Source: Candidatus Calditenuaceae archaeon HR02
GTDB taxonomy: Archaea; Thermoproteota; Nitrososphaeria_A; Caldarchaeales; Calditenuaceae
Direction: 5' to 3'
Length of the DNA stretch: 64,000 bases
NCBI GenBank assembly: GCA_002898395.1
Contig: BEHE01000008.1
Location: 1 to 64,000 of the forward strand
Notes under the pieces: model-generated
What the model was told of the DNA's origin: nothing
The model's input: only the letters and a program-made list of their open reading frames with translations
Database searches by the model: none
Program-made: the position numbers and the translations under genes
Shown here: piece by piece, positions 49,904-59,729 of the stretch
Layout: the number at the start of each line of letters is the position of its first letter
Numbering within the stretch: the stretch's first letter is position 1

Positions 49904-50803
49904 TCACTCCCACACCACTCGTTTCACGTTCAGGACACGAGTCAATACCAACAAGACTAGGAAGGTGGCAATGAGTAGTAGAATTACGGCTAGAAGTGAG
50001 GCATATCCGATATCCGCCTTAGCGGCAGTCAAGGTAAAGCCAATCTTATATATGTAGAATGGAAGAGTGGTTGTCAGGTTTCCAGGCCCACCGAAAGTCA
50101 GCATGTATATTATGTCAAAGATCTTTAAAGAATCGATAAGCCTGAATAACAATACGATGATTATTATAGTCTTGCTAAGTGGAAAAACGATATGCCGGAT
50201 CATTTGTAGTCGTGTAGCACCATCCAGGGCCGCGGCCTCTTGGATATCTGGTGGTATACTTTCTATACCTGCTGCAACGGCTAAAGCAACAAAGGGGGTC
50301 CACTGCCATATATCCAGAACCGCAAGGACGAAGAATGTGTTAAAGGGATGACCGAATGGCGCACTAAGCCATGGCTGAGGCTCTAGGCCGATTGAGCCAA
50401 GGAAGGTGTTCAGAGGCCCATATGTGAAGAAGATCATCTTCCAGTTTAGACCTACTATAACAGCAGGTATACTCAGCGGTATCAACGTGATAGATCGGAG
50501 GACCAGCCTTCCCCTCAGATGCGGAGAGGTGAACAGCAACGCTAAAAGCGAGCCGAGAGCAAGTTGGACAGGGACGGTAATTCCCGTCAAAAGCAGCATG
50601 GCTAGAATGGCGTATGATGCGTCCTGGTCCTGCACTAGAGTGTATATGTTTTGGAACCCAACAAACTTTGGAGCGACGTCAAAGAGAGGGTTGAGGGAGT
50701 GGAAGACCATGTAATAGAGATACACCGTCGGATATATGACCAAGGCTACCAAGTAAACCGCCGCAGGGGCTATGAACAGCAGCCCTGAACTCCGGCTCCC
50801 CAA
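49904..50803 (-). CDS. Carbohydrate ABC permease (MalF-like)
   Basis: FVGFQN, WQWTPF and EAAALDGA. Confidence 0.93.
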   Translation of the reverse strand: MGSRSSGLLFIAPAAVYLVALVIYPTVYLYYMVFHSLNPLFDVAPKFVGFQNIYTLVQDQDASYAILAMLLLTGITVPVQLALGSLLALLFTSPHLRGRLVLRSITLIPLSIPAVIVGLNWKMIFFTYGPLNTFLGSIGLEPQPWLSAPFGHPFNTFFVLAVLDIWQWTPFVALAVAAGIESIPPDIQEAAALDGATRLQMIRHIVFPLSKTIIIIVLLFRLIDSLKIFDIIYMLTFGGPGNLTTTLPFYIYKIGFTLTAAKADIGYASLLAVILLLIATFLVLLVLTRVLNVKRVVWE

Positions 50804-50910
50804 TGCCGCACACTAGAAATTGGCGCGGAATATAAAAATCAATTCCACCCAGTATAAATGCTTCAAGAAAAAGCTTATATCTACACTTCAACCCTGTATG
50901 TCTGAAAGAC

Positions 50911-52392
50911 TTGAACAACCTGAAAGATATAATTAGTAGACGTGAAGCCATTTCCACCGCGGCTAAGATTGGTATAGGCGTGGCAATTGCCGCTGTGGCC
51001 GCAGGCGCCGGCCTGTATGCCTGGAGCGCTCTTCAGCCAACTCAAAAGAAGATCAGGGTCGTCGCTATCGCACACTCGGCTCCCGGGATGAAGGCGGTTG
51101 CAGAGGAGGACTTCAAGATCAAGTATCCTAACATTGAGGTTGAGCTACTCCTCTTCGACTGGGAGACTGGCAGGGATAGACAGCTCCACGACTTCGCAAC
51201 AAGGGCGGGCGAGTACGACGTCTACATGTGGGACTGCATCTATACAGGGGCCTTCGGCCCACACTGCTACCCAATCGATGATCTCAGGTCACAATACCCA
51301 GATGCAGAAATATTCAAAGAGTATGGAGACTTCCTCGAGACTATTGATAGGCGATACATGCACTGGGATGGAAAGAGGATCGGATATGTTATCACGGCCA
51401 ACGTAATGGCGATGTTTTACAGGAGAGACCTGTGGGAAGACCCAGCTATCAAGGACATGTACAGTAAGTGGATCGACCGTAACCTATCAGACCTTCAGTC
51501 AATGGCTCCAGACTTAGGGCTAGACCCCAAGAAGATCCCCACTAGTCTAGTCGTCCCCAAGACGCTTGAGGATGTATTTGCGATAGGACGTTTCTTCACC
51601 AAGAGATACAACCCCAACTCGCCGGTCGAGGCTGGAAACACTATAATGGCTATGAGGACACACACTATTCACTGGGAGTACTGCTGGCTCTTTGCCCAGT
51701 GGAGGAGATCGCCCGAGGGGATTTCCAAGCTGGGTCAGCCTGTCGAACCCTGGGGCGACCTCTTCACACAGGATGGAAGAATAGCATTCGATCCAGATAT
51801 AACAGACATGGGAATCAAGGTCACGAGACTATTCAAAGAGCTCTGCAACTATGTTCCGAACGCCACGCAGACTGAGTGGTCTGAATGCATGGAGCTTTTA
51901 GGCAGGGGTAGAGCCGCTATGTGGGCTGGCTCATGGGCTTCCACTTTCATAGACTTCATCGAAAAGGCTAAGGAGAACTATCCTGAGACGGCCGGCAAGA
52001 TCTGGGTTTCTCCAGCCCCAGGAGTCCCGATTGACGGTACATGGCAGATAGGTGTTAGCAGGTACTCTAAGAATCCGCGCGAAGCATGGCTCTTCACGCA
52101 GTTCCTAGTATTGCCTGACTCCGCTGTGAAGCAGTGGAATGTAGCCTCCTCCTTCCCAGGAAGGAAGAGCGTGATAGAGACTTTAGCCCCGAGGTATCCT
52201 GGAATATTCAAGGAGGTCTTCCTCGACTCGCTGTTAAAGGCAGGATTCAGAAACTATGTACCCGAGAACCCCATGTTGGAAGACTCTATTGCCAAGTGGA
52301 TTACCGAGTATGTAGCAGGAAATGTTGACGAGGTGACCGCAACTACAGAGCTAACGAAGGAATGGAAGAGCATACTGAAACTGAGCTACTAA
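50911..52392 (+). CDS. Sugar ABC substrate-binding protein with Tat signal
   Basis: ISRREAI signal, YDVY, MFYRRDLW and AWLFTQFL; divergent from the permeases. Confidence 0.88.
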   Translation: MNNLKDIISRREAISTAAKIGIGVAIAAVAAGAGLYAWSALQPTQKKIRVVAIAHSAPGMKAVAEEDFKIKYPNIEVELLLFDWETGRDRQLHDFATRAGEYDVYMWDCIYTGAFGPHCYPIDDLRSQYPDAEIFKEYGDFLETIDRRYMHWDGKRIGYVITANVMAMFYRRDLWEDPAIKDMYSKWIDRNLSDLQSMAPDLGLDPKKIPTSLVVPKTLEDVFAIGRFFTKRYNPNSPVEAGNTIMAMRTHTIHWEYCWLFAQWRRSPEGISKLGQPVEPWGDLFTQDGRIAFDPDITDMGIKVTRLFKELCNYVPNATQTEWSECMELLGRGRAAMWAGSWASTFIDFIEKAKENYPETAGKIWVSPAPGVPIDGTWQIGVSRYSKNPREAWLFTQFLVLPDSAVKQWNVASSFPGRKSVIETLAPRYPGIFKEVFLDSLLKAGFRNYVPENPMLEDSIAKWITEYVAGNVDEVTATTELTKEWKSILKLSY

Positions 52393-52411
52393 ACCCTTAC
52401 ACAGCAATTTT

Positions 52412-53377
52412 TTATCCCTTCTTTGTAAACGCTTTCAGGCACAGGAAATTATAGATTATATTCGCCGCTAAATATGCCGTTATCTCTCCGTGATCATATG
52501 GTGGGGCGACCTCCACCAGGTCAAAGCCCACGAAACCCAGGCCTGCCAGTCCATGTAAGAGCTTTAGAGCTTCCCGTGAAGTTAGGCCACCCACCTCTGG
52601 CGTACCAGTACCGGGCGCGCATGAAGGGTCGCAGGCATCTATGTCGAATGAGAGATATACTGGCCCTCCGCCAGCAATCCTCTTGATCTCGCTGCAGACG
52701 GCCTCTATTCCCATCTCCTCGACCGACATCATGGCAATAACCCGGAACCCGAGAGACTCTACCGAGCTTATCTCATCCTCAGAGTAGAGACTGCCCCTTA
52801 CACCCACGTGGACCGACTTGTACGGGTCAATGAGGCCCTCTTCATAAGCCCTTCTAAAAACCGTTCCATGCGTATATTTCTGAGAGAAGTGCTGCTCAAC
52901 CATGTCGAGGTGGGCATCGACGTGTATAAGGGACAGCCTACCATACACCTTTGACGCTTCCCTGAGTAGCGGGAGAGTAATAGAGTGATCACCGCCACAG
53001 ACCAGTGGAGTAATACCCCTCGCATGAATAGGCCCCAGCTCGCGGGAAATGCTTTGATATGTCGCCTCTATGTTGCCGGGAACTGTGTCTATGTCACCGT
53101 AATCTGCCACGTTTAAGGCATCAAAAGGCCTTACCCTGAGATATGGATTATAGAGACGTAGAAGTAGCGAGGCCTGCCTAACAGATGCAGGCCCAAACCT
53201 CGCACCCGACCTAAAGATAACGCCACCGTCAAAAGGAATTCCAATAAAAAGCGCATCAACTCCCTCCAAGTCCCGCGTATGAGGTAGCCTCGCAAAAGTG
53301 TAGGGGCCAGTGAAGCGCGGAGACTTTAGAGAGTCTGCCGGATAAAATCTCCTAGCTATACCCGTGTCCTTGGACAT
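52412..53377 (-). CDS. speB: Agmatinase-family ureohydrolase
   Basis: GARFGP, GGDHSIT, DAHLD, HGT, SFDIDACDP..APGTGTP and VEVAP; ATG at 53377 is the likely start. Confidence 0.9.
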   Translation of the reverse strand: MSKDTGIARRFYPADSLKSPRFTGPYTFARLPHTRDLEGVDALFIGIPFDGGVIFRSGARFGPASVRQASLLLRLYNPYLRVRPFDALNVADYGDIDTVPGNIEATYQSISRELGPIHARGITPLVCGGDHSITLPLLREASKVYGRLSLIHVDAHLDMVEQHFSQKYTHGTVFRRAYEEGLIDPYKSVHVGVRGSLYSEDEISSVESLGFRVIAMMSVEEMGIEAVCSEIKRIAGGGPVYLSFDIDACDPSCAPGTGTPEVGGLTSREALKLLHGLAGLGFVGFDLVEVAPPYDHGEITAYLAANIIYNFLCLKAFTKKG

Positions 53378-53496
53378 GTATCGAGACCGTCTCGGCAAAT
53401 ATAAATAAATTAGTATCCGGCAACAGCCTGTAGGTTTGTAAACCGCGATCAGAATGGTATGGATTTTTATAAGGGTGCAAATCAAAACAGCTTTAG

Positions 53497-54531
53497 ATGG
53501 AAAAGCATGAAATGGAGCTGCCGAGCTATATTGTTATTGGCAGCAATCTAGTGGATGTAATAATAGAGAGGTTGAGAAGACACGGCTTCAAATACTGCAT
53601 CATGATAACGAGCAAGACACCCTATAGGTTTTACGGCTCGAAGATTATTGAAAGAGCTGAGAAAGCAGTGGTTTTTAGTGTGTGGGATATTAATGAGGCG
53701 CCCGATGAACTAGACAGGTTTGTCGGAGAGGCTAGGGCTGCAGATGTTGTTCTTGGGGTAGGCGGTGGAAGGGTTGTTGATATATCGAAGGTTATTGCAG
53801 AACTTTCCGGGAAACCGTTCTTCAGCATTCCAACAATAGCATCCCATGATGGAATAGCGAGTCCCATGACTTCTTATCGCAGAGATGGCCGAGCTTATTC
53901 ACGCAAATCGGTAATGCCTAGCGAGATTTTTGCAGACATGGATGTAATCAGCATAGCACCTCGCAGATATTTATTGAGCGGTTGCGGAGACCTAGTCGCT
54001 AAAAAAAGCGCGGTGAGAGATTGGTGGCTGGCCCACAAATTGACAGGAGAGTATTATGGTAGATACGCCGCACACCTTGCTTACCTGAGCGCCTCGGTCG
54101 TGATAAAGTCTCGGAAACTGATAGCAAATAATTCGTTGGAAGGTATTAGGACTGTTGTCGAAGCGCTAATAAGCGCTGGCGTGGCCATGGGCGTGGCTGG
54201 AAGTAGCAGGCCTTGCAGTGGAAGCGAACACTTAATAGCCCACGCGCTGGAGACCCTGTCTGAAAAACCGGCCCTCCACGGGGAGAGGTGTGGCGTAGCA
54301 ACAATCTTCACCCTATACCTACATCGAGGAAACTGGAGAAAAATCAAGAATAGTCTAGCCGCCATGGGAGCTCCCCACAGGATTGAACACATAAACACTG
54401 ACACTGACCTATTCGTCGAAGCCGTGAAAAAAGCGCCCGAAATCAGGCCCGACCGCCTCACAATACTCCATAAAATGAATCTAACTAGGAGCGAGATAGT
54501 AAACATTCTAGAAACCACAAGTCTCGCCTAA
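53497..54531 (+). CDS. egsA: sn-Glycerol-1-phosphate dehydrogenase
   Basis: GVGGGRVVD, PTIASHDGIASP, SSRPCSGSEHLIAHAL and HGE. Confidence 0.95.
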   Translation: MEKHEMELPSYIVIGSNLVDVIIERLRRHGFKYCIMITSKTPYRFYGSKIIERAEKAVVFSVWDINEAPDELDRFVGEARAADVVLGVGGGRVVDISKVIAELSGKPFFSIPTIASHDGIASPMTSYRRDGRAYSRKSVMPSEIFADMDVISIAPRRYLLSGCGDLVAKKSAVRDWWLAHKLTGEYYGRYAAHLAYLSASVVIKSRKLIANNSLEGIRTVVEALISAGVAMGVAGSSRPCSGSEHLIAHALETLSEKPALHGERCGVATIFTLYLHRGNWRKIKNSLAAMGAPHRIEHINTDTDLFVEAVKKAPEIRPDRLTILHKMNLTRSEIVNILETTSLA

Positions 54532-54795
54532 TTTAAACCGGAATGGAAAGAACTACATGCTTCTGGTTTACGACCAATATGTATTCATTCGTGACGTGGA
54601 GGTCGAGTCGAGTGCAAAAATCGCCTCTTATAGATGCACTGATTTCCAAAAATGCATGCTAGCTCAGGCACAGGGCTTCTAAGAACCTTGGAATGGTGGA
54701 GGAGTTGTTAGAGGCCCTCAGCCATGCAGGGGGTTAGAAGGAGCTTGTATCCGAATAGTCGGCACGGCGATGGCTTTATCAGTTGGTAAAATAAT

Positions 54796-55602
54796 GTGGT
54801 GGAAGAGTTGCATCTTACAGTTGTGTATAGAGGAGATAAGATGGGTGCTGAAAGCAAGGCGTTGGAACTCAAGAGAATCATTGCTGAACATGGATGTGAG
54901 TATGATTTGTATGAGGTGGGTGAGGAGGGAGTAAAGGGTCCTCTGAGCTGCGACTACTTGATAGTCCTTGGAGGTGACGGCACAATACTCGCCTCCATCC
55001 ACTCATTAGAGGAGCCTGAAACCCCGGTGCTGGCGATATCGTATGGGAGAGGGGGGTATCTCGCAGATGCAACACCTGATGAAGCAAATCATGCCGTGAA
55101 ATCGCTACTCATCGGAAACTATAGGCTTGAGAGGCTCATGAGACTTGACATATCAATCGACGGGGAATTCATTTCCAACGCCGTTAACGAGGCTTATGTC
55201 TCAAACTCCTCACCGGGTAAAGTGGTTGAGTTCGACTTGGAAGTCGAGAGGCTAAGGCTTCAAAACATAGTTGCCGACGGCATGGTCTTCTCAACACCTG
55301 TCGGATCTACAGGCTACAACTCCTCACTCGGCGGCCCACTCGTCGACGAGGAGTTGGAACTAATCATCACGACACCAGTAGCCCCGATCACGAACATCAA
55401 GCCACTTGTCTTTTCGCCCCTCAGGAAGATTGTGATGAAGTGTCGGCGAGGACCATTCAGCGTCCTAATAGATGGACTCGTGAGGCGGGAGTTTGAGGGA
55501 GGAGAGGTCGAGGTCACGAAGTCTAGGCATAGCACAGTCCTAGTGAGGACCTCGGGGGTAACGCTCTGTGAACGGAGATTCAAGAGGCGTCTCGGTATAT
55601 AA
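54796..55602 (+). CDS. nadK: NAD kinase
   Basis: LGGDGTIL, NE, ADG and STPVGSTGYNSSLGGP; start uncertain. Confidence 0.93.
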   Translation: MVEELHLTVVYRGDKMGAESKALELKRIIAEHGCEYDLYEVGEEGVKGPLSCDYLIVLGGDGTILASIHSLEEPETPVLAISYGRGGYLADATPDEANHAVKSLLIGNYRLERLMRLDISIDGEFISNAVNEAYVSNSSPGKVVEFDLEVERLRLQNIVADGMVFSTPVGSTGYNSSLGGPLVDEELELIITTPVAPITNIKPLVFSPLRKIVMKCRRGPFSVLIDGLVRREFEGGEVEVTKSRHSTVLVRTSGVTLCERRFKRRLGI

Positions 55603-55999
55603 TAGGGCGTTTGTTTTAGACACCGCCGCCCTGCTTTTGGGATTCACAGCAGAAGAAGACACATATACGACGGAAGAAAATATTAAGGAGGTTAAGCACG
55701 ACGAGTTAAAAGTCGCCAGGCTACAAGCCATGCTAGACTCAGGTGCTATAAAAACCATAAAACCAACCCTCGCGTCACTCAACACCGTCCAGCAAAAATC
55801 AAGAACACTTAAAATCAATCTCTCACGAGCAGACACTACTTTGCTAGCAGCGGCACTAGACCTCAGAGTAAAATACGAAAGTTTAACCGTCGTGACCGAT
55901 GACTACGCCGTACAGCGACTAGCAGCAGAACTCGGGCTAAACTATATTCCACTAAAACTGCCCGGAATCAGGAAAAATAGACACCGACCAATAAAATGA
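55568..55999 (+). CDS. nob1: Nob1-like PIN endonuclease lacking the zinc ribbon
   Basis: VLDTAALL, LSRAD and TDDYAVQ; ends before the CxxC domain. Confidence 0.8.
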   Translation: MNGDSRGVSVYNRAFVLDTAALLLGFTAEEDTYTTEENIKEVKHDELKVARLQAMLDSGAIKTIKPTLASLNTVQQKSRTLKINLSRADTTLLAAALDLRVKYESLTVVTDDYAVQRLAAELGLNYIPLKLPGIRKNRHRPIK

Positions 56000-56359
56000 C
56001 TGGGCACTTATAGGCTATGTCTTGAGCATTATAGAAACCCTTACATGCAATTTCATGGCCTATCCTCAAATAAGTCATTATCAATACCGGTTATCCCCTT
56101 TCTAGACACTTTTCTAGTCAAAACGAAACGCTCACGCCGTTGGGATATGTAGACTTATAGGACCGGCTGGCAATGGTGGATCAGGACAGGCTCTTCAAGT
56201 TGCTGGGGGGAGGCCTTGAGCTATTCGTTCAACGGATAAGGAGGCACAATTAACTCACCGATCGCTTGAGGAGCTACGCATTGGAGCTCGGTGAGGTAGC
56301 CCGACGCGTCTCAGTTCACCGACCATGGGTTTATAAGTAGTGGCCGAGTCGTTAGAAAC

Positions 56360-57715
56360 ATGAGCAGTAGAGTAATTGTCATAGGAGGGGGCGCGGCCGG
56401 AGCTTCAGCGGCCGCGAGGGCCAGGAGGATGGACCCAGAGGCCGAGGTGACCCTGATCGAAAGGACTGGGATGATAACCCACGCTCCTTGCGGCATCCCT
56501 TTCGCGATATCGGGACTCGTCCAGAGCTACAGGATGCTCAGGACCTACTCTCCTGAGAGGTTCGCCTCCGAGAGGAGGATAAGGGTCCTGACGAACGCGA
56601 CGGTGACCTCGATCGACGTCGACGGCAAACGAGTCGAGGTCTCGCTCGGAGACGGCAGGACGGAGAAGCTCTCATGGGACTCGCTGGTGATAGCGACGGG
56701 CGCTAAGCCGCTGATACCTCGTGGACTCGAGGGGGTGGAGGAGGCGAGGCCAGTTCTACTGAGGCACCCGGAGGACGTGGTGGAGGCGCAGCGGAGGCTC
56801 TCCGGCGCTTCTAAGGTCGCGGTCCTCGGAGGGGGGTACATCGGCGTCGAGGCTGCGGAGGCCCTTATCGACCTCGGGAAGAAGGTGACGCTGTACGAGA
56901 TGATGGACAGGCTTCTGCCAACGGCGATCGACGGTGACGTCTCGAGGGTCCTCGAGGAGTCGGTGCGGCGTGCGGGCGTTGACCTGAGGCTCGGCCAGCC
57001 GGTTAGGGCCCTGAGGAGGAGGTCAGATGGGATAGCCGTGATCACCGACGCCGGCGAGGAGGTTTTCGACGAGGTGGTGATGGGGCTGGGCGTGAGGGCA
57101 AACGCGGACCTCGCGGTCTCGGCCGGCGTGAAGCTCGGAGCGACCGGGGCTGTGGAGACCGACGAGTTCATGCGGACGAACCTCGAGGGCGTCTTCGCGG
57201 CCGGTGATCTGGTAGAGAAGCACCACCTCCTGCTCGGTAAAAGGGTCTGGATACCTCTGGCACCTGCGGCGAACAAGGAGGGGCAGGTGGCCGGTGCGAA
57301 CGCCGTGGTCCCGGGATCGCTCAAGATGAGGGGCATCGTGGGAACGGCCGTGACGAAGTTCAGGAACACGTACGTTGCCAGGACTGGCCTGTCGGAGACG
57401 GAGGCCAGGGCCAACGGGTTCAACGTAGAGTCGACCCTGATCAAGGCCAGGACCAAGGCCGGGTACTATCCCGGAGGGGTTGAGGTGACGGTGAAGATGG
57501 TGGCCCAGTCCGGAAGCGGAAGGTTGCTCGGGGTGCAGGTGGTGGGGGACGATCCGGTCGTCGCGGGGTACGCCGACGTCGCTGCGACTGCGATAACCGC
57601 GGGCTTCACGATCGAGGACCTCTTCTTCACCGACATAGGTTACATGCCGGCCACCGCGCCCGTCTGGCACCCGCTGATCGTGGCTGCCAGGACCCTCTCG
57701 GGAGGAAGGTTCTGA
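56360..57715 (+). CDS. CoA-disulfide reductase / NADH oxidase family flavoprotein
   Basis: GGGAAG, single redox Cys in HAPCGIP, GGGYIG, AAGD and YMPATAPVW; visibly GC-rich. Confidence 0.88.
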   Translation: MSSRVIVIGGGAAGASAAARARRMDPEAEVTLIERTGMITHAPCGIPFAISGLVQSYRMLRTYSPERFASERRIRVLTNATVTSIDVDGKRVEVSLGDGRTEKLSWDSLVIATGAKPLIPRGLEGVEEARPVLLRHPEDVVEAQRRLSGASKVAVLGGGYIGVEAAEALIDLGKKVTLYEMMDRLLPTAIDGDVSRVLEESVRRAGVDLRLGQPVRALRRRSDGIAVITDAGEEVFDEVVMGLGVRANADLAVSAGVKLGATGAVETDEFMRTNLEGVFAAGDLVEKHHLLLGKRVWIPLAPAANKEGQVAGANAVVPGSLKMRGIVGTAVTKFRNTYVARTGLSETEARANGFNVESTLIKARTKAGYYPGGVEVTVKMVAQSGSGRLLGVQVVGDDPVVAGYADVAATAITAGFTIEDLFFTDIGYMPATAPVWHPLIVAARTLSGGRF

Positions 57716-58024
57716 GGTAAGGAATAGAGGAGGCGGGGTGGGCGATAGGTTTATGAGCGGTTGAGGGCCTCACCAAATCCGCTGACTTAAGGACCAAGAG
57801 GGGGATGGACCTCTGCCCCCCCCCCGATGGGAGAGGTAGTCGCATGGACCTCGCATACAAACCTCGCGCCAATAGCTCTCGCATACCTTAGGGCTACGGG
57901 CCCTGTCCGGATGGTTAGCTTTTGAGCTACCCAGCGTTCTCTACACGTGCCTATAATATGCTCAGATGAGCAGTGTTCCTCCTGCAAGGAGGGTTGAGAA
58001 TAGTCACGGGGCGATGATGTAAGC

Positions 58025-59452
58025 TTATTCCACACAGCAGCTCATCTTCTGCAATGGTCTGAGGAAGGCCTGTGCACTTAACTTCAGGGCCTCTGCGTAT
58101 GTGGGGAACACGTGTATGGTGTTGACGATGTCCATGAATGTCTTGCCATATTTGATGTATAGGGCTGCCTCGGTTATGTATTCGGCTGCGTTGTGTGAGA
58201 CGATGTGCGCCCCCAACACCCTGCCATCGTCGGGCGCTATCACCAGCTTGGCCAGGCCAAGTGCACCCATCATTCTAGCCTTTGCGACGTTCTCCAAGGA
58301 AACTATCCTGCACGAGCATGCACCGAACCTCTTCACCACCTCCCTCTCAGTCAAACCCACTGAAGCCGCCTGCGGCTCAGTGAATACCACAAATGGAACG
58401 GCATCATAATCCATAGAAGCCGAACCCTCTTCGACGATGTTGGAAGCAGCCACCACACCCTCACGAGCAGACAGTGTCTCAAGCATTAGAGGCTTGGCTA
58501 CACAGTCACCCGCGGAGTATATGTTGGGTGCACTTGTTCGCATCATCTCGTCCACCTTTATGAAGCCTCGCCCGTCGACGGCTACGCCACATTTTTCCAG
58601 CCCGATTCCATCCGTGTTTGGTTTTCTGCCTGTCGCTACCAGTATGGCGTCAGACTCTATGGTCTGCCTGCCCTCGTTGGTCACAACCACGGCGTGACTG
58701 TGACCTCCATGCTTCGAGAACTCTACAATCCTAGCCTTCATGATAATCCTCATCCCCTCGTCAGCCAATATATTGGCCAGTGTGGAGGATATCTCAGGCT
58801 CCATGTTGGGCAGAATCCTGTCAAGCACCTCGACCAGCGTCACTTGACAGCCCAGTCTCTGCATAGCCTGACCTATCTCAAGCCCCACGGCACCCCCGCC
58901 CACCAGGAGCATGCTCTCGGGGAGGCTCTCTATCCCCCATATCGTGTCGGTGGTGTAGTATCCCACCTCCTCCAACCCAGGTATGCTGGGCACGGATGGA
59001 CGTGAGCCAGTTGCTATGAGGGCCTTTTGGAACCGTACCTCGCGTACTCCCTCACTTGTCTCCACCGCGATGGTATGGGTTGAGGTGAATGAGGCCCTGC
59101 CCTCCACATGCTCCACGTTCGGATAATGCTTCAGGACATCAACATATTTCTCGCTACGCATAGAATCTACAAAACTGCGGAGAGAGCCCATTAACCTGCC
59201 GAAGTCGAGGTCCGCGCCTTTGGGCGTGACTCCGTCGAACAAGGCCATGTGGCTGCTGTGATAGTGTTTGGCAGCCTCTATCAGGTATTTAGAGGGCACG
59301 CAGCCTACGTTGACACATGTTCCACCAAGCCTCCCAGCGGAAACCATCAAGATACTCATCCTACCCCCTGTTAGCTCGCTAGCCTTTATCGCAGCACTGA
59401 AAGCGGCAGCTCCTCCGCCGATTATAATCAAGTCGTATTTGGTATTTCTCAT
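58025..59452 (-). CDS. merA: Mercuric reductase (no NmerA domain)
   Basis: GGTCVNVGCVPSK, HVFPTYAE and C-terminal MSCCVE vicinal cysteines. Confidence 0.95.
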   Translation of the reverse strand: MRNTKYDLIIIGGGAAAFSAAIKASELTGGRMSILMVSAGRLGGTCVNVGCVPSKYLIEAAKHYHSSHMALFDGVTPKGADLDFGRLMGSLRSFVDSMRSEKYVDVLKHYPNVEHVEGRASFTSTHTIAVETSEGVREVRFQKALIATGSRPSVPSIPGLEEVGYYTTDTIWGIESLPESMLLVGGGAVGLEIGQAMQRLGCQVTLVEVLDRILPNMEPEISSTLANILADEGMRIIMKARIVEFSKHGGHSHAVVVTNEGRQTIESDAILVATGRKPNTDGIGLEKCGVAVDGRGFIKVDEMMRTSAPNIYSAGDCVAKPLMLETLSAREGVVAASNIVEEGSASMDYDAVPFVVFTEPQAASVGLTEREVVKRFGACSCRIVSLENVAKARMMGALGLAKLVIAPDDGRVLGAHIVSHNAAEYITEAALYIKYGKTFMDIVNTIHVFPTYAEALKLSAQAFLRPLQKMSCCVE

Positions 59453-59492
59453 TTCATTTCCCTCGGTTAAACTGAATTCCTGGGTAGATAGT

Positions 59493-59612
59493 TCATAGAC
59501 CAGGCATCACCTTCTTTTTTCTTTCCCGCTTAATTCCTTCCGGCATCTCTTCTACTTTCTTTTCCGCGGTCCTTGCTTCTTCACCCATTCCGCCGCAGCA
59601 ACACTCACACAT
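59493..59612 (-). CDS. Unannotated 39-aa Cys-rich peptide (MCECCCGGMGEEARTAEKKVEEMPEGIKRERKKKVMPGL)
   Basis: Manual translation from ATG at 59612 to TGA at 59493; TATA box about 23 nt upstream; ends 40 nt before the merA start. Confidence 0.6.
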   Translation of the reverse strand: MCECCCGGMGEEARTAEKKVEEMPEGIKRERKKKVMPGL

Positions 59613-59635
59613 CGATAATAACCCCTATAGAATGG

Positions 59636-59673
59636 TATATAAGTTATACGGTTTGTAATCATATAGTAACTAT
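59636..59673 (-). promoter_or_regulatory. TATA box plus upstream palindrome ATAG-TAA-CTAT (peptide-merA promoter)
   Basis: On the + strand, TATATAAG at 59636-59643 and ATAGTAACTAT at 59663-59673. Confidence 0.65.
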
Positions 59674-59729
59674 AATAGAGAAAAGTTTATCAAGGAAGCG
59701 GTCGATAAAACTTCGGGAGACCCTGTTTA

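Noticed and set aside
56545-57670. Long minus-strand ORFs (303 and 215 aa)
   Set aside because: They are antisense to the GC-rich flavoprotein gene; their Ser/Pro/Thr- or Arg/His-rich composition is typical of shadows.
57720-58020. ORFs between the CoA-disulfide reductase-like gene and merA
   Set aside because: They have no recognisable motifs and overlap in several frames; likely degraded intergenic DNA.
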